Of a DNA stretch of 32,000 nucleotides, positions 1-11,131 are shown piece by piece. Numbering within the stretch: the stretch's first letter is position 1; each line of letters opens with the position of its first letter. The position numbers and the translations under genes were made by a program. Source of the DNA: Longivirga aurantiaca (GTDB taxonomy: Bacteria; Actinomycetota; Actinomycetes; S36-B12; CAIYMF01); NCBI RefSeq assembly GCF_042660085.1, contig NZ_JBHSTI010000008.1, positions 1,359,876 through 1,391,875 of the forward strand, written 5' to 3'. The notes under the pieces are model-generated. The model did no database searches. It had not been told where the DNA came from and saw only the letters and a program-made list of their open reading frames with translations.

Positions 1-129
1 TGGCCGGGGGAGTGCACCGGGAGAGCCGGGGTCTTGCGGATGTCGTCTCAGGCCGCTGAGGGTGACGATCGCGACACGGACACCGGCGGTCGGGAGGCCG
101 GGAAGGCCCGCCTTCCCTAGACTCGGGCC

Positions 130-2082
130 ATGAGCCTCCTGCCCCGGATCGGGTCGCCGGACGATCTGCGGGCGCTGCCCGCAGAGGTCCTCCCCGACCT
201 CGCGGCCGAGATCCGTGCGGCGCTCGTCGAGAAGGTCACCCGCACCGGCGGGCACCTCGGACCCAACCTGGGCGTGGTCGAGCTCACGATCGCGCTGCAC
301 CGCGTGTTCCGGTCGCCGCAGGACGTGCTCGTCTTCGACACGGGCCACCAGTCGTACGTGCACAAGATGCTCACCGGGCGGCTCGCGGACTTCGACGACC
401 TGCGCCAGGGCGGCGGCCTCTCCGGGTATCCCAGCCGGGCGGAGTCCGAGCACGACGTCGTGGAGAACTCGCACGCCTCGACCGCGCTGTCGTGGGCGGA
501 CGGCATCGCGAAGGGCTTCGAGCAGACAGGGGAGCTCGAGGCCCGGCACGTCGTCGGGATCATCGGGGACGGCGCTCTCACGGGCGGTATGGCGTGGGAG
601 GCCCTCAACAACATCGCCGGGGCACCGGACCGCCCGCTCGTCATCGTGGTCAACGACAACGAGCGCTCGTACTCGCCGACCATCGGCGGCCTGGCCCACC
701 ACCTCGCGACCCTGCGCACCGCCCGCAGCTACGAACGGGTGCTCGACTTCGGCAAGCGGGCGCTCGGCCGCACGCCGGTGCTCGGCCCTCCGATGTACGA
801 GACCCTGCACGGGATCAAGAAGGGCATCAAGGACGTCGTCGCTCCACAGGGCATGTTCGAGGACCTGGGCCTGAAGTACATCGGCCCCGTGGACGGCCAC
901 GACATCCCCGCGCTCGAGCACGCGCTCCGTCGCGCGCGCTCGTTCCCCGGCCCGGTCATCGTCCACGTCATCACCGAGAAGGGGCGCGGGTACACCCCGG
1001 CGCTGCAGGACGAGGCCGAGCGGTTCCACGCGGTCGGCATCCTCGACCCCGAGACGGGTCAGCCTCTCGGCACCAAGGGCACCACGTGGACGTCGGTGTT
1101 CTCCTCCGAGCTCGTCGAGATCGGTCGCCGTCGGCCCGACGTCGTGGCGATCACCGCGGCCATGATGGGGCCGACCGGCCTCGACAAGTTCTGCGCCGAG
1201 TTCCCGCACCGCACCTTCGACGTCGGGATCGCCGAGCAGCACGCGGCCACGAGCGCGGCGGGCATGGCGTACGCGGGCGTGCACCCGGTCGTCGCGGTCT
1301 ATGCGACGTTCCTCAACCGGGCGTTCGACCAGGTGCTCATGGACATCGCCCTCCACAAGGCCGGCGTGACGTTCGTGCTCGACCGTGCAGGGGTGACGGG
1401 CGACGACGGCGCGAGCCACAACGGCATGTGGGACATGTCGATCATGGGCGTGGTGCCGGGTGTGCGCGTCGCGGCGCCGCGCGACGCGGCGACCCTGCGC
1501 GAGGAGCTCGGTGAGGCCGTCGAGGTGTCGGACGCCCCCACGGTCGTGCGCTTCCCCAAGGGCGGCGTGGGCGACGACGTACCGGCTCTCGAGCGGGTCG
1601 GCGGCGTCGACGTGCTGCGGCGTGACGACGAGCGCGACGTGCTGCTCGTGTCGGTGGGTGCCTTCGCCCCGCTCTGCCTCGAGGTCGCGGACCGCCTCGC
1701 GGCGCAGGGGATCGGTGTGACGGTCGTCGACCCGCGCTGGGTCGTGCCGGTGCCTGCCGCGCTGATCGGGCTCGCCGCCGAGCACCGCCTGGTGGTGAGC
1801 GTCGAGGACAACAGCCGCGCGGGCGGCATCGGGTCGGGCATCGCCCAGGCGCTGCGCGACGCCGAGGTCGACGTCCCCTTCCGCGACTTCGGCATCGAGC
1901 GCAGGTTCCTCGACCACGGCACGCGGGCGACGGTGCTCGGCGAGCTGGGGCTGACCGCGCAGGACGTCTCGCGCGCCGTGGTGGAGACGGTGGCCCGGCT
2001 CGAGCACGTGCGCACCGGAGGCGAGGACGAGGCTGCGGGGGCCGTGCAGCAGGTCGAGCAGGACGGCGCAGCCGAGGCCTGA
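130..2082 (+). CDS. dxs: 1-deoxy-D-xylulose-5-phosphate synthase
   Basis: 650-aa ORF with TPP-binding transketolase-like motifs ([48 protein letters not shown]) and YVGPVDGHD-like and [10 protein letters not shown] motifs. Confidence 0.97.
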   Translation: MSLLPRIGSPDDLRALPAEVLPDLAAEIRAALVEKVTRTGGHLGPNLGVVELTIALHRVFRSPQDVLVFDTGHQSYVHKMLTGRLADFDDLRQGGGLSGYPSRAESEHDVVENSHASTALSWADGIAKGFEQTGELEARHVVGIIGDGALTGGMAWEALNNIAGAPDRPLVIVVNDNERSYSPTIGGLAHHLATLRTARSYERVLDFGKRALGRTPVLGPPMYETLHGIKKGIKDVVAPQGMFEDLGLKYIGPVDGHDIPALEHALRRARSFPGPVIVHVITEKGRGYTPALQDEAERFHAVGILDPETGQPLGTKGTTWTSVFSSELVEIGRRRPDVVAITAAMMGPTGLDKFCAEFPHRTFDVGIAEQHAATSAAGMAYAGVHPVVAVYATFLNRAFDQVLMDIALHKAGVTFVLDRAGVTGDDGASHNGMWDMSIMGVVPGVRVAAPRDAATLREELGEAVEVSDAPTVVRFPKGGVGDDVPALERVGGVDVLRRDDERDVLLVSVGAFAPLCLEVADRLAAQGIGVTVVDPRWVVPVPAALIGLAAEHRLVVSVEDNSRAGGIGSGIAQALRDAEVDVPFRDFGIERRFLDHGTRATVLGELGLTAQDVSRAVVETVARLEHVRTGGEDEAAGAVQQVEQDGAAEA

Positions 2083-2088
2083 GGCTGA

Positions 2089-2994
2089 TCAGGCGAGGCG
2101 CCGTCGCGGCGGGTGGCCGAGCTCCTCGGGCGACGGGTCGGACAGCGACTGCGCCACGGGGTCGCCACCGCTGCGGATGAGGGCGACCTCGTCCTTGGTG
2201 ATGAGGACCGGTCGGATGAAGCCCCGCTCGTCAGGCTCGGTGATCTCCGCGGCGCTGATCGCGAACGCGGGGTCGATGCGGCCGAGGTCGAGCCAGCCTC
2301 GGTTGCGCACAGGCACGGCAGCGGTGCGCATCCCGTGGCCTTCCACGAGCGCTGCGCGCAGCTCCGCACTGGCGAGCAGGGTGAGGACATCGGCGTCGCC
2401 GAGGGGGCGCAGCACCGACGTCGTGTCGCGGCGGACCCGCTCGGACGCCAGGACGGCCATGTCGGACAGGTGCCGCTCGGCACGCATGGACGCCTCGGAG
2501 ACGTCGATGCCGGCAGCGATGAGCACGCCCGCCGGAAGCACTCCGACCGCCTCGTGCTCGGGGCGGCCGTCGTCGTCGACCCCGCGCAGCGCCAGACCGA
2601 CGTCGAGGGCACCGCCCAGGACCGCACGGCGCGGCCAGGACGGCCCGGGATGCACGGGGTGGTCCGGAGGGAGGGCACGCAGCCGCACCTTCGCCAGGAC
2701 CCGCGCACGGGCCTCCAGGGGCGTGCCCGGCAGGGACATGAGGTCGTGCAGGGCGATCCGCAGGCGCAGCCATCGGCCCACGCGACGGCAGGTCTCGGCG
2801 GCGGTGAGCTCACCGGGGCCGTCGTGCGCCACGGCGAGGAACAGCTCGGGCCAGCGCACGAGCATCTCGTCCCCGTCGACGCCGGTGTGCACGACGCCGT
2901 CGGTGCGCGTCTGCAGGTCGCCGACGGCGCCGTCCTCGGTGAGGGTCAGGGACAGCACGGCTCGCCGCAGCGCGACGGGCACGTGGATGCTCAT
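2089..2994 (-). CDS. Conserved hypothetical actinobacterial protein
   Basis: Long ORF with coding-like composition; likely start MSIHVPVALRRAVLSL at 2994 (the ORF track extends to 3021). Converges on dxs with only a few nt between the stops. No recognised domain. Confidence 0.75.
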   Translation of the reverse strand: MSIHVPVALRRAVLSLTLTEDGAVGDLQTRTDGVVHTGVDGDEMLVRWPELFLAVAHDGPGELTAAETCRRVGRWLRLRIALHDLMSLPGTPLEARARVLAKVRLRALPPDHPVHPGPSWPRRAVLGGALDVGLALRGVDDDGRPEHEAVGVLPAGVLIAAGIDVSEASMRAERHLSDMAVLASERVRRDTTSVLRPLGDADVLTLLASAELRAALVEGHGMRTAAVPVRNRGWLDLGRIDPAFAISAAEITEPDERGFIRPVLITKDEVALIRSGGDPVAQSLSDPSPEELGHPPRRRLA

Positions 2995-3114
2995 GCCTCG
3001 ACCGTACGCGGCTGCACCCACCCGCGCCGAGGCCCCGGCGGGTGACCACCCGCCACGCAGCGCGTGCGAACGAGCACGAAAAGTGACGCCCGGTGACGGT
3101 TCCTCAGCAGAGGC

Positions 3115-5247
3115 TCAACGCGGGCTCGCCACGCCGGGCGGGAGGAACCGCTGCCCCGTGACGCGCTCGCTGGTGCCGGTGCGGTCGAGGTACGGCGTGA
3201 TGCCGCCGAGGTGGAACGGCCATCCGGCACCGAGGAGCATGCACAGGTCGATGTCCTGCGGCTCCGCGACGACGCCCTCGTCGAGCATGAGGCGGATCTC
3301 CTCGGCGACCGCGTCGAGGGCGCGCTGACGCACCGCCTCGCCCGTCGACGGCGAGTCGCCGACCACGAACAGCTCGGCGACGTCGTCGGCGATGCGCGGG
3401 GTCGAGCCGTCCCACGCGAGCAGCGTGGTCTTGCCCGCCTCGACCATGCGGCGCTGGTTCTCCGAGATGCCGTAGCGGTCGGGGAAGGACTGGTGCAGCG
3501 TCTCCGCGGTGTGGAACGCGACCGCCGGCCCGACGAGCTGGAGCAGCACGTACGGCGACATCGGCAGGCCCATCGGGTCGAGCGCGTGCTCGGCGACCTC
3601 GAACGGCGTGCCCTCGTCGTACGCCGCGGTGACCTCGCCGAGGAAGCGGGTGAGGAGGCGGTTGACGACGAACGCCGGGGCGTCCTTCACGAGCACGCAC
3701 GACTTCTTCAACGTCTTGCCGAGGGCGAAGGCCGTGGCGAGCGAGGCGTCATCGGTGCGCTCGGCGCGGGCGATCTCGAGCAGCGGCATCATCGCGACGG
3801 GGTTGAAGAAGTGGAAGCCGACGACGCGCTCGGGGTGCTGCAGGTTCTCCGCCATGGCCGTGACCGACAGCGAGCTCGTGTTGGTGAGCAGGACGCAGGT
3901 GTCGGCCACGACGGCCTCGACCTCGGCAAAGACCTGCTGCTTGACCTTGAGGTCCTCGAACACGGCCTCGATGACCACGCTCGCGTCGGCGAAGTCGGTC
4001 TTGCTCGTGGAGCCGGAGACCAGGGCGGTGAGGCGGTTGGCCTTGTCCTGGTTGAGGCGACCCTTCTCCTGCAGCTTCGAGATCTCGCCGTGCACCCACG
4101 CGACGCCCTTGTCCACGCGCGCCTGGTCGAGGTCGGTGAGGACCACGGGCACCTCGAGGCGCTGCACGAACAGCAGCGCGAGCTGGCTGGCCATGAGACC
4201 CGCGCCGACGACTCCGACCTTGGTGATCGGTCGGGCGAGCCCCTTGTCCGGGGCGCCCACCGGCCGCTTGGCCCGGCGCTGGACCAGATCGAACGAGTAC
4301 AGGCCGGAGCGCAGCTCGTCGCCCATGACGAGCTCGGTGAGCGCGTCGTCCTCGGCGGCGAAGCCCTCGTCGCGCGTGGCGGTGCGGGCTGCGGCCACGA
4401 GGTCGAGCGCGCGGTACGGCGCCGGCGTGGCGCCGTGCAGCCTGGCGTCGACGAGCGCACGGACGCCCGCGACGGCCGCGTCCCAGGCCTCGGCGTCGAC
4501 GGTGTGGTCGGTGCGCTCGACGACGACCGAGCCGCGGACGACGTCGGCGGTCCAGCGCAGGGACTGCGCGATGAAGTCGGCGGGCTCGAGCGCGACGTCG
4601 GCGATTCCGAGCTTCATCGCATCGGCCGGCTTCAGCATCCGGTTCTGCGAGAGCGGGTTCTCGACGACGACCTTGAGAGCCTTCTGCGCCCCGATGAGGC
4701 GGGGGAGCAGGTAGGCGCCGCCCCAGCCCGGGATGAGGCCGAGGAAGACCTCGGGGAGGGCGAGGAGCCCGGCCCCGGTGGAGAGCGTGCGGTAGGTGCA
4801 GTGCAGCGCGACCTCGAGGCCGCCGCCCATGGCCGCGCCGTTGACGAGCGCGAACGAGGGCACGGGCAGCTCGCCGAGGCGGCGCAGGACCGAGTGACCC
4901 GCCTCGCCCGTGGCGCGGGCCTCGGACGCGTCGGTGAGCTGTGCGACGCCGGTCAGGTCGGCGCCGACGGCGAAGATGAACGGCTTGCCGGTGACCGCGA
5001 CCGCGACGATCTCGCCAGCCGCCGCGTCGGCCTCGGCCTGGTCGAGCGCGGCCGACAGCGAGCGCAGGCCGGCGAGCCCGAAGGTGTTGGGCTTGGTGTG
5101 GTCGTGGCCGTTGTCGAGCGTGATGAGTGCGGCTCTTCCGGCTCCTGCCGGGAGGTCGACGAGGCGGTACTTGGCCTCGGTGACGACCTCGTCGGGCGCG
5201 CCGGCCGGGATGGTCTCGGTGGTGAATCGGGTGCTCACGTCGTTCAC
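3115..5247 (-). CDS. fadB: 3-hydroxyacyl-CoA dehydrogenase / enoyl-CoA hydratase fusion (fatty acid oxidation alpha-subunit type)
   Basis: Starts GTG at 5247 (VNDVSTRFTTETIPAG). Crotonase region (ALVNGAAMGGGLEVALHCTYR, PEVFLGLIPGWGGAYLLPRLIG), NAD-binding GVVGAGLMASQLALLF, HAD motifs (NTSSLSVTAMAENLQHPERVVGFHFFNPVAMMPLLEI). The track ORF 3115..6162 is read through upstream. Confidence 0.95.
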   Translation of the reverse strand: MNDVSTRFTTETIPAGAPDEVVTEAKYRLVDLPAGAGRAALITLDNGHDHTKPNTFGLAGLRSLSAALDQAEADAAAGEIVAVAVTGKPFIFAVGADLTGVAQLTDASEARATGEAGHSVLRRLGELPVPSFALVNGAAMGGGLEVALHCTYRTLSTGAGLLALPEVFLGLIPGWGGAYLLPRLIGAQKALKVVVENPLSQNRMLKPADAMKLGIADVALEPADFIAQSLRWTADVVRGSVVVERTDHTVDAEAWDAAVAGVRALVDARLHGATPAPYRALDLVAAARTATRDEGFAAEDDALTELVMGDELRSGLYSFDLVQRRAKRPVGAPDKGLARPITKVGVVGAGLMASQLALLFVQRLEVPVVLTDLDQARVDKGVAWVHGEISKLQEKGRLNQDKANRLTALVSGSTSKTDFADASVVIEAVFEDLKVKQQVFAEVEAVVADTCVLLTNTSSLSVTAMAENLQHPERVVGFHFFNPVAMMPLLEIARAERTDDASLATAFALGKTLKKSCVLVKDAPAFVVNRLLTRFLGEVTAAYDEGTPFEVAEHALDPMGLPMSPYVLLQLVGPAVAFHTAETLHQSFPDRYGISENQRRMVEAGKTTLLAWDGSTPRIADDVAELFVVGDSPSTGEAVRQRALDAVAEEIRLMLDEGVVAEPQDIDLCMLLGAGWPFHLGGITPYLDRTGTSERVTGQRFLPPGVASPR

Positions 5248-6452
5248 GCGTCCTTGCCGTCGAAGTGGGGGTTCTCCCAGATGACCGTGCCGCCCATGCC
5301 GAGGCCGATGCACATGGTGGTGAGGCCGTAGCGGACCTCGGGGTGCGCCTCGAAGGAGCGCGCGAGGTACGCCATGAGGCGGATGCCGGACGACGCCAGC
5401 GGGTGGCCGACGGCGATGGCGCCGCCGTAGGGGTTCACGCGCGGGTCGTCGTCGGCGATGCCGAAGTGGTCGAGGAAGGCCAGCACCTGCACGGCGAACG
5501 CCTCGTTGACCTCGAACAGGCCGATGTCGTCGATGGTGAGGCCGGCCTTGGCGAGAGCCTTCTCGGTCGAGGGCACCGGTCCGACGCCCATGACCTCGGG
5601 GGCCACGCCCGCGAAGGCGAAGGACACGAGCCGCGCCTTCTTGGTGAGTCCGAGCTCGTCGGCGACGTCCTCGGCCACGAGCAGCGCGGCGGTGGCGCCG
5701 TCGTTGAGGCCCGAGCTGTTGCCCGCGGTCACGCGGCCGTGGGCGCGGAAGGGGGTCTTGAGGCTGGCGAGGGTCTCGACCGTGGTCTCGCGCGGCGGCT
5801 CGTCGACCGTCGCGAGGCCGTATCCGAGGGACGCGCTGCGCACGGCGACAGGGACCAGATCCTGCTGGATGACGCCGTCGGCGTAGGCCTTGGCGGTCTT
5901 CTCCTGGCTGCGGACGGCGTACTCGTCGGCGCGGGCCTTGGTGAGGTGCGGGAAGCGGTCGTGCAGGTTCTCGGCCGTCTTGCCCATGAACAGGGCCTCG
6001 GGGTCGACGAGCTTCTCGGCGATCAGGCGCGGGTTCGGGTCCATCCCCTCGCCCATGGGGTGGCGTCCCATGTGCTCGACGCCGCCGGCGACGACGACGT
6101 CGTACGCCCCGAAGCCGATGCCGCTGGAGAGGTTGGTGACCGCGGTGAGCGCGCCCGCGCACATGCGGTCGACGCTCTGGCCGGGGACGGTGTTCGGGAA
6201 GCCCGCGAGGATGCCCGCCGTGCGGCCGAGGGTGAGGCCCTGGTCGCCGATCTGGGTCGTGGCCGCGACGGCGACGTCGTCGATCCGGTCGGCGGGAAGG
6301 TTCGGGTTGCGACGCAGCAGCTCGCGGAAGACGGCGACGACCAGGTCGTCGGCTCGGGTCTCGGCGTAGACGCCGTTGGCGCCGGCCTTGCCGAAGGGGG
6401 TCCGGACGGCGTCGACGAGCACGACGTCACGGACAGCGCGGGTGGGGGACAC
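5244..6452 (-). CDS. fadA: Acetyl-CoA acyltransferase (thiolase)
   Basis: 402-aa ORF with thiolase motifs (VDRMCAGALTAV, VAGGVEHMGRHPMG, NEAFAVQVL, NPYGGAIAVGHPLASSGIRL, CIGLGMGGTVIWE). Stop overlaps the fadB start by 4 nt (GTGA). Confidence 0.96.
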   Translation of the reverse strand: MSPTRAVRDVVLVDAVRTPFGKAGANGVYAETRADDLVVAVFRELLRRNPNLPADRIDDVAVAATTQIGDQGLTLGRTAGILAGFPNTVPGQSVDRMCAGALTAVTNLSSGIGFGAYDVVVAGGVEHMGRHPMGEGMDPNPRLIAEKLVDPEALFMGKTAENLHDRFPHLTKARADEYAVRSQEKTAKAYADGVIQQDLVPVAVRSASLGYGLATVDEPPRETTVETLASLKTPFRAHGRVTAGNSSGLNDGATAALLVAEDVADELGLTKKARLVSFAFAGVAPEVMGVGPVPSTEKALAKAGLTIDDIGLFEVNEAFAVQVLAFLDHFGIADDDPRVNPYGGAIAVGHPLASSGIRLMAYLARSFEAHPEVRYGLTTMCIGLGMGGTVIWENPHFDGKDA

Positions 6453-6502
6453 GGGAACTCCTCGCGAGCGGCGGACCGGGTCACCGCGGGGCCCGGCTCG
6501 GG

Positions 6503-6542
6503 TTACCCACGGGTAATGTCCCGATGCTACCCGCCGGTAACC
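6503..6542. promoter_or_regulatory. Candidate operator: two nested palindromes upstream of fadA-fadB
   Basis: TTACCCacGGGTAA at 6503-6516 and TACCcgccGGTA at 6528-6539, within wider GGTTACC (6501-6507) ... GGTAACC (6536-6542). About 50-90 nt upstream of the fadA start. Confidence 0.45.
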
Positions 6543-6572
6543 GATCGCGGTACCCGCCCCCCGCGCGTGCCC

Positions 6573-8549
6573 TCAGGCGGGGGCGGGCTCGTCGTCGAGC
6601 GCTCCCACGAACTGGGCGTGGTAGAGCCCGTGGTAGGCGCCGCGCGCGGCGAGGAGCCGCTCGTGGCTGCCCTGCTCGACGATCCGGCCGTTCTCCATCA
6701 CGAGGATGAGGTCGGCGTCGCGGATGGTGGAGAGGCGGTGCGCGATGACGAAGCTCGTGCGGTCCGAGCGCAGCTTCGTGGTCGCCCGCTGCACGAGCAC
6801 CTCGGTGCGGGTGTCGACCGAGCTCGTGGCCTCGTCGAGGATGAGGAGCGACGGGTCGGCGAGGAACGCGCGCGCGATGGTGATGAGCTGCTTCTCGCCC
6901 GCGCTGAGGTTGTCGCCCTCCTCGTCGATGACGGTGTCGTAGCCGTCGGGCAGCACGCGCACGAAGCGGTCGACGTACGTCGCGCGCGCTGCCGCAAGGA
7001 TCTCGTCCTCGGAGGCACCGGGCTTGCCGTACGCGATGTTGTCGCGGATCGTGCCGCCGAACAGCCAGGTGTCCTGCAGCACCATGCCGATCTGGCTGCG
7101 CAGGTCGTCGCGCGTCAGCGTCGCGATGTCGACGCCGTCGAGCGTGATCCTCCCCGCGCGGACCTCGTAGAACCGCATGATGAGGTTGACGAGCGTCGTC
7201 TTGCCGGCGCCGGTCGGACCGACGATGGCGACGGAGTGGCCGGGCTCGGCGACCAGCGACAGGTTCTCGATCAGCGGTGCGTCGTCGGTGTAGGAGAACG
7301 AGACGTCGTGGAACTCGACGCGTCCGCCGGTGCGCGGCGACGCGTTCGGCGCGACAGGGTCGGGCAGCTGCTCCTCGGCGTCGAGGAGCTCGAAGACCCG
7401 CTCGGCCGACGCGACGCCGGACTGCAGCAGGTTGGACATCGAGGCGACCGTGGTGAGCGGCTGGGTGAACTGGCGCGAGTACTGGATGAAGGCCTGGACG
7501 TCGCCGAGGCTCATCGACCCCGATGCCACCTTCAGGCCGCCGATCACGGCGATGAAGACGTAGTTGAGGTTCCCGATGAACATGATCACCGGCATGATCA
7601 GGCCGGACAGGAACTGCGCACCCGAGCTCGCCTCGAAGAGCTTGTCGTTGCGCTCCTCGAACACGTCCTCGGACGCCTTCTGGTGGCCGTAGACCGTGAC
7701 GAGGGTGTGGCCCGAGTAGGCCTCCTCGATGTGCCCGTTGAGCTTCCCCGTCTCGCCCCACTGCGCGATGAAGAGCGGCTGCGACCGCTTGGCCACCATG
7801 GCGGTGACGATCACGGACAGCGGCACGGACACGAGCGCGACCAGCGCGAGCAGCGGAGAGATCCAGAGCATCATGCCGAGGACGCCGACGAGCGTGAGCA
7901 GCGAGGTCAGCAGCTGGCTGAAGGTCTGCTGCATGGTCTGCTGGATGTTGTCGACGTCGTTCGTCACCCGGGAGAGCAGCTCGCCGCGGGGGACCTTGTC
8001 GAAGTAGCTGAGCGGCAGCCGGTGCAGCTTGTCCTCGACATCGCGGCGCAGGCGCATGGCCGTGCGCTGCACGAGCCCGTTCAGCACGAACGCCTGCAGC
8101 CACATGATGATCGACGACATGACGTAGAGCGCGAGCACGAGCAGGAGCACGCGTCCCAGTGCGTCGAAGTCCACGCCCTGCCCGGGCACGACGCTCATGC
8201 CGGAGACGAGGTCGGCGAGCTGGTTCTGCCCGTCGGCGCGCAGGCCCGCCACGACCTGCTCCTGGGTGAGCCCGGCAGGCAGCTGCTTGCCGACGAAGCC
8301 CTCGAAGATGAGGTTGGTGGCGTTGCCCAGGATCTTGGGCCCGACGACGTTGAGCGAGACGCCGACGACGGTCATGAGGATGACCGCGGTCACGCCGATC
8401 CGCTCGGGACGCAGCCGGCGCACGAGGCGCTTGGCGGACGGCCAGAAGGTGAGGGACTTCTCGGCGGGCATCGTCGAGCCCATCATCCCGCCGCGCGGGC
8501 CGAAACCGCCGCCGCCGGCGGGCCTGCGGACCGGCGCCTGGCCGCTCAT
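6573..8549 (-). CDS. ABC transporter, ATP-binding/permease fusion (exporter half-transporter)
   Basis: Starts [20 protein letters not shown] at 8549. Contains Walker [51 protein letters not shown] and a six-TM type IV exporter domain. Confidence 0.94.
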   Translation of the reverse strand: MSGQAPVRRPAGGGGFGPRGGMMGSTMPAEKSLTFWPSAKRLVRRLRPERIGVTAVILMTVVGVSLNVVGPKILGNATNLIFEGFVGKQLPAGLTQEQVVAGLRADGQNQLADLVSGMSVVPGQGVDFDALGRVLLLVLALYVMSSIIMWLQAFVLNGLVQRTAMRLRRDVEDKLHRLPLSYFDKVPRGELLSRVTNDVDNIQQTMQQTFSQLLTSLLTLVGVLGMMLWISPLLALVALVSVPLSVIVTAMVAKRSQPLFIAQWGETGKLNGHIEEAYSGHTLVTVYGHQKASEDVFEERNDKLFEASSGAQFLSGLIMPVIMFIGNLNYVFIAVIGGLKVASGSMSLGDVQAFIQYSRQFTQPLTTVASMSNLLQSGVASAERVFELLDAEEQLPDPVAPNASPRTGGRVEFHDVSFSYTDDAPLIENLSLVAEPGHSVAIVGPTGAGKTTLVNLIMRFYEVRAGRITLDGVDIATLTRDDLRSQIGMVLQDTWLFGGTIRDNIAYGKPGASEDEILAAARATYVDRFVRVLPDGYDTVIDEEGDNLSAGEKQLITIARAFLADPSLLILDEATSSVDTRTEVLVQRATTKLRSDRTSFVIAHRLSTIRDADLILVMENGRIVEQGSHERLLAARGAYHGLYHAQFVGALDDEPAPA

Positions 8550-10279
8550 GCCGCGTCCTCCACGAGCTCCTGCGACGCCACGATCTCGGCGTACGTCGGA
8601 CACGTCTCGAGCAGGTCCTCGTGCTTTCCGACGCCGACGAGCATGCCGTCGTCGAGCACCACGATCTGGTCGGCGTCCAACACGCTCGAGACGCGCTGCG
8701 CCACGACGATGACCGTCGACTCCCGCGTCACGGGCCGCAGGGCCGCCCGAAGCCGCGCGTCGGTGGCCATGTCGAGGGCGGAGAACGAGTCGTCGAACAG
8801 GTAGATCTCGGGCCTGCGGATGATCGCGCGCGCCATCGCGAGGCGCTGGCGCTGCCCGCCGGAGAAGTTGGTGCCGCCCTGCGCGACCGCGGTGTCGAGC
8901 CCGTCGGGCAGCGCTCGGACGAAGTCGTCGGCCTGCGCTATCCGCAGGGCGTCCCACAGCTCGTCCTCGGTGGCGTCGAGCTTGCCGTACTCGAGGTTGC
9001 TGCGGACGGTGCCGGTGAAGAGGTACGCCTTCTGCGGCACCAGGCCGATGCGCGCGTGCAGGGCGGCGGGGTCGAGCTCGCGGACGTCGACGCCGTCGAC
9101 GAGCACCTGGCCCTCGGTGGCGTCGAAGAGCCGGGGGATGAGGCTGACGAGCGTGGTCTTGCCGGAGCCCGTGCCGCCGAGGACGGCGGTGACCATGCCG
9201 GGGCCGCAGGTGATCGAGATGTCGCAGAGGACGGGCTCGTCGGCGCCTGGGTAGGAGAACGTCGCGCCGCGCAGCTCGACCGTGGCGTGCGAGGTGGTCT
9301 CGGTGACGGGGCCGACCGGAGGCGTGACCGACGGCTCGGTGTCGAGCACCTCGACGATGCGCTCGGCGCTCACCGCGGCGCGGGGAACCATCACGAGCAT
9401 GAACGTCGCCATCATGATCGACATCAGGATCTGCATGAGATAGCTGAGGAACGCCGTCAGCGAGCCGATCTGCATCGCGCCCGAGTCGACGCGGATCGCG
9501 CCGAACCACATGACGCCGACGCTCGAGACGTTGAGCACGAGCATCACGGTCGGGAACATCAGGGCCATGAGCCGGCCGACGCTGGTCGCGGTGGCGGTCA
9601 GCTCGTCGTTCGCCACGCCGAACCGATCGCGCTCGACCGGCTCGCGCACGAACGCGCGGACCACGCGGATGCCCGTGATCTGCTCGCGCAGCACGCGGTT
9701 CACGTTGTCGAGGCGCTTCTGCATGCGCCGGAACTGGGGGATCATCCGCGACACGATCAGCGCGATCGCACCCACGAGGACCACGACGCTCACGACGATG
9801 ATCCACGCGAGACCGACGTCCTGCTGGAGCGCCATGATGACGCCGCCGACGCCCATGATCGGCGCGCTCACCATCATCGTGCAGGTGAGCAGCACGAGCA
9901 TCTGGACCTGCTGCACGTCGTTCGTGGTGCGGGTGATCAGCGTCGGCGCGCCGAACGTGCCCATCTCCCGGGCGGAGAAGCGGCCGACGCGGTGGAAGAT
10001 CGAGGCGCGGACGTCCCGGCCGAAGCCCATGGCGCTGCGGGCGCCGAACCACACGGCGCCGATCGAGCAGACGACCTGCACGAACGAGACGCCGAGCATC
10101 ACGGCGCCGATCTTCAGGATGTACTCGGTGTCGCCGCGGGCCACGCCCTGGTCGATGATGTCGGCGTTGAGCGTCGGCAGGTAGAGCGAGGCGATGGTGC
10201 CGACGAGCTGCAGGAGCACGACTGCGACCAGGAACGCCGTGTAGGGCTTCAGGTGGTCCTTCAGGAGCCGAACGAGCAC
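8546..10279 (-). CDS. ABC transporter, ATP-binding/permease fusion (exporter half-transporter)
   Basis: 577-aa ORF with Walker [20 protein letters not shown], signature [32 protein letters not shown]. Stop overlaps the next gene's start (ATGA), suggesting a heterodimeric exporter pair. Confidence 0.94.
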   Translation of the reverse strand: MLVRLLKDHLKPYTAFLVAVVLLQLVGTIASLYLPTLNADIIDQGVARGDTEYILKIGAVMLGVSFVQVVCSIGAVWFGARSAMGFGRDVRASIFHRVGRFSAREMGTFGAPTLITRTTNDVQQVQMLVLLTCTMMVSAPIMGVGGVIMALQQDVGLAWIIVVSVVVLVGAIALIVSRMIPQFRRMQKRLDNVNRVLREQITGIRVVRAFVREPVERDRFGVANDELTATATSVGRLMALMFPTVMLVLNVSSVGVMWFGAIRVDSGAMQIGSLTAFLSYLMQILMSIMMATFMLVMVPRAAVSAERIVEVLDTEPSVTPPVGPVTETTSHATVELRGATFSYPGADEPVLCDISITCGPGMVTAVLGGTGSGKTTLVSLIPRLFDATEGQVLVDGVDVRELDPAALHARIGLVPQKAYLFTGTVRSNLEYGKLDATEDELWDALRIAQADDFVRALPDGLDTAVAQGGTNFSGGQRQRLAMARAIIRRPEIYLFDDSFSALDMATDARLRAALRPVTRESTVIVVAQRVSSVLDADQIVVLDDGMLVGVGKHEDLLETCPTYAEIVASQELVEDAA

Positions 10280-10380
10280 GTGCCCTCCGCCATCAGGTGC
10301 GTCGACCGGCAGCGACGGTCTCTGCTGGCCGGCGCGCGGAACGAACGGCCCATCCTCGCACCGGCCGACAGGGCGGGCAC

Positions 10381-10407
10381 CGCGGTATCGCTCTCAGCGA
10401 TACCGCG
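10381..10407. promoter_or_regulatory. Perfect palindrome, 12-bp arms with 3-nt loop (operator or terminator hairpin)
   Basis: cgcggtatcgct-ctc-agcgataccgcg; lies in the gap between the alkD-like stop (10413) and the ABC gene start (10279), both on the minus strand. Confidence 0.6.
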
Positions 10408-10412
10408 ACGGG

Positions 10413-11100
10413 CTAGAGGTTCTTGAGCGCCTCGCGCCGGGACAGCGGCGACAGGTCGGCCTCGTGCTCGGCGACGAACGCACGCACCCAGGCCGGGTCG
10501 CGGTGGGCGAGGTCGCGCAGCGCCCAGCCGACCGCCTTGCGCAGGAAGAACTCCGTCGAGGGTGCTGCCGCGAGCACCACGTCGGCCAGCAGGTCGCGGT
10601 CGACGTCGCCGCGAGCGCCGAGCTGGCTGAGCACCGACGTGCGCCGCAGCCACAGGTCGTCCGACCGCGACCAGAGACGGATCACGGGGTCCATCTCCGT
10701 GGGGAACGCGCGACGCAGCGGCGACACCGTGCGTCCGGCGACCTCGTCGACGAGGTCCCACCACGCGCCGGTCACCACGAGGTGCTCGAGCAGCGGGACG
10801 AGCGAGGCGTCGCGCCAGCGCTTCCCGCGGTCGAGCAGCGCGAGGGCGGCGTACCGCTCCTCGCGATACGCGGCGTCGTCGTACAGAGCGCGGACCGTCG
10901 CCTCCCAGACCTCGCGGTCCGCGAGGGGATGGGCGGCCCAGACCGGGCGCAGGGCAGCGACCCGGGCGGGCTTGGCGACGCCGAGGAACGGCATCTCCGA
11001 CTTCATGTAGGCCCGCATGGCCGGCGCACGGCCCGCGTCCGCCTGAGCGCCGAGCGCTGCGCGGACGGCGTCGACGAGTGCGAGGTCTGGCGCGGTCACC
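10413..11100 (-). CDS. DNA alkylation repair protein (AlkD-like, HEAT-like)
   Basis: PFLGVAKPARVAALRPVWAAHPL, REERYAALALLD, DLWLRRTSVLSQLG, FFLRKAVGWALRDLAHRDPAWVRAFVAEH, typical AlkD family. Likely GTG start at 11100 (VTAPDLALVDAVRAAL); the ORF track extends to 11183. Confidence 0.9.
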
Positions 11101-11131
11101 GGAGCAGTGTGCCGACCGGCATGCGGGGCCG

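Noticed and set aside
1-129. Possible end of an upstream gene before dxs
   Set aside because: Too little sequence is present and no translation gave a recognisable C-terminus.
5265-8804. 1179-aa plus-strand ORF antisense to fadA and the ABC transporter
   Set aside because: It spans two unrelated well-supported minus-strand genes and their intergenic region, and has Gly/Arg/His-rich composition typical of GC-driven artefacts.
8621-10426. 601-aa plus-strand ORF antisense to the ABC transporter
   Set aside because: His/Asp/Arg-rich shadow translation with no family features; the minus-strand ABC exporter motifs explain the region.
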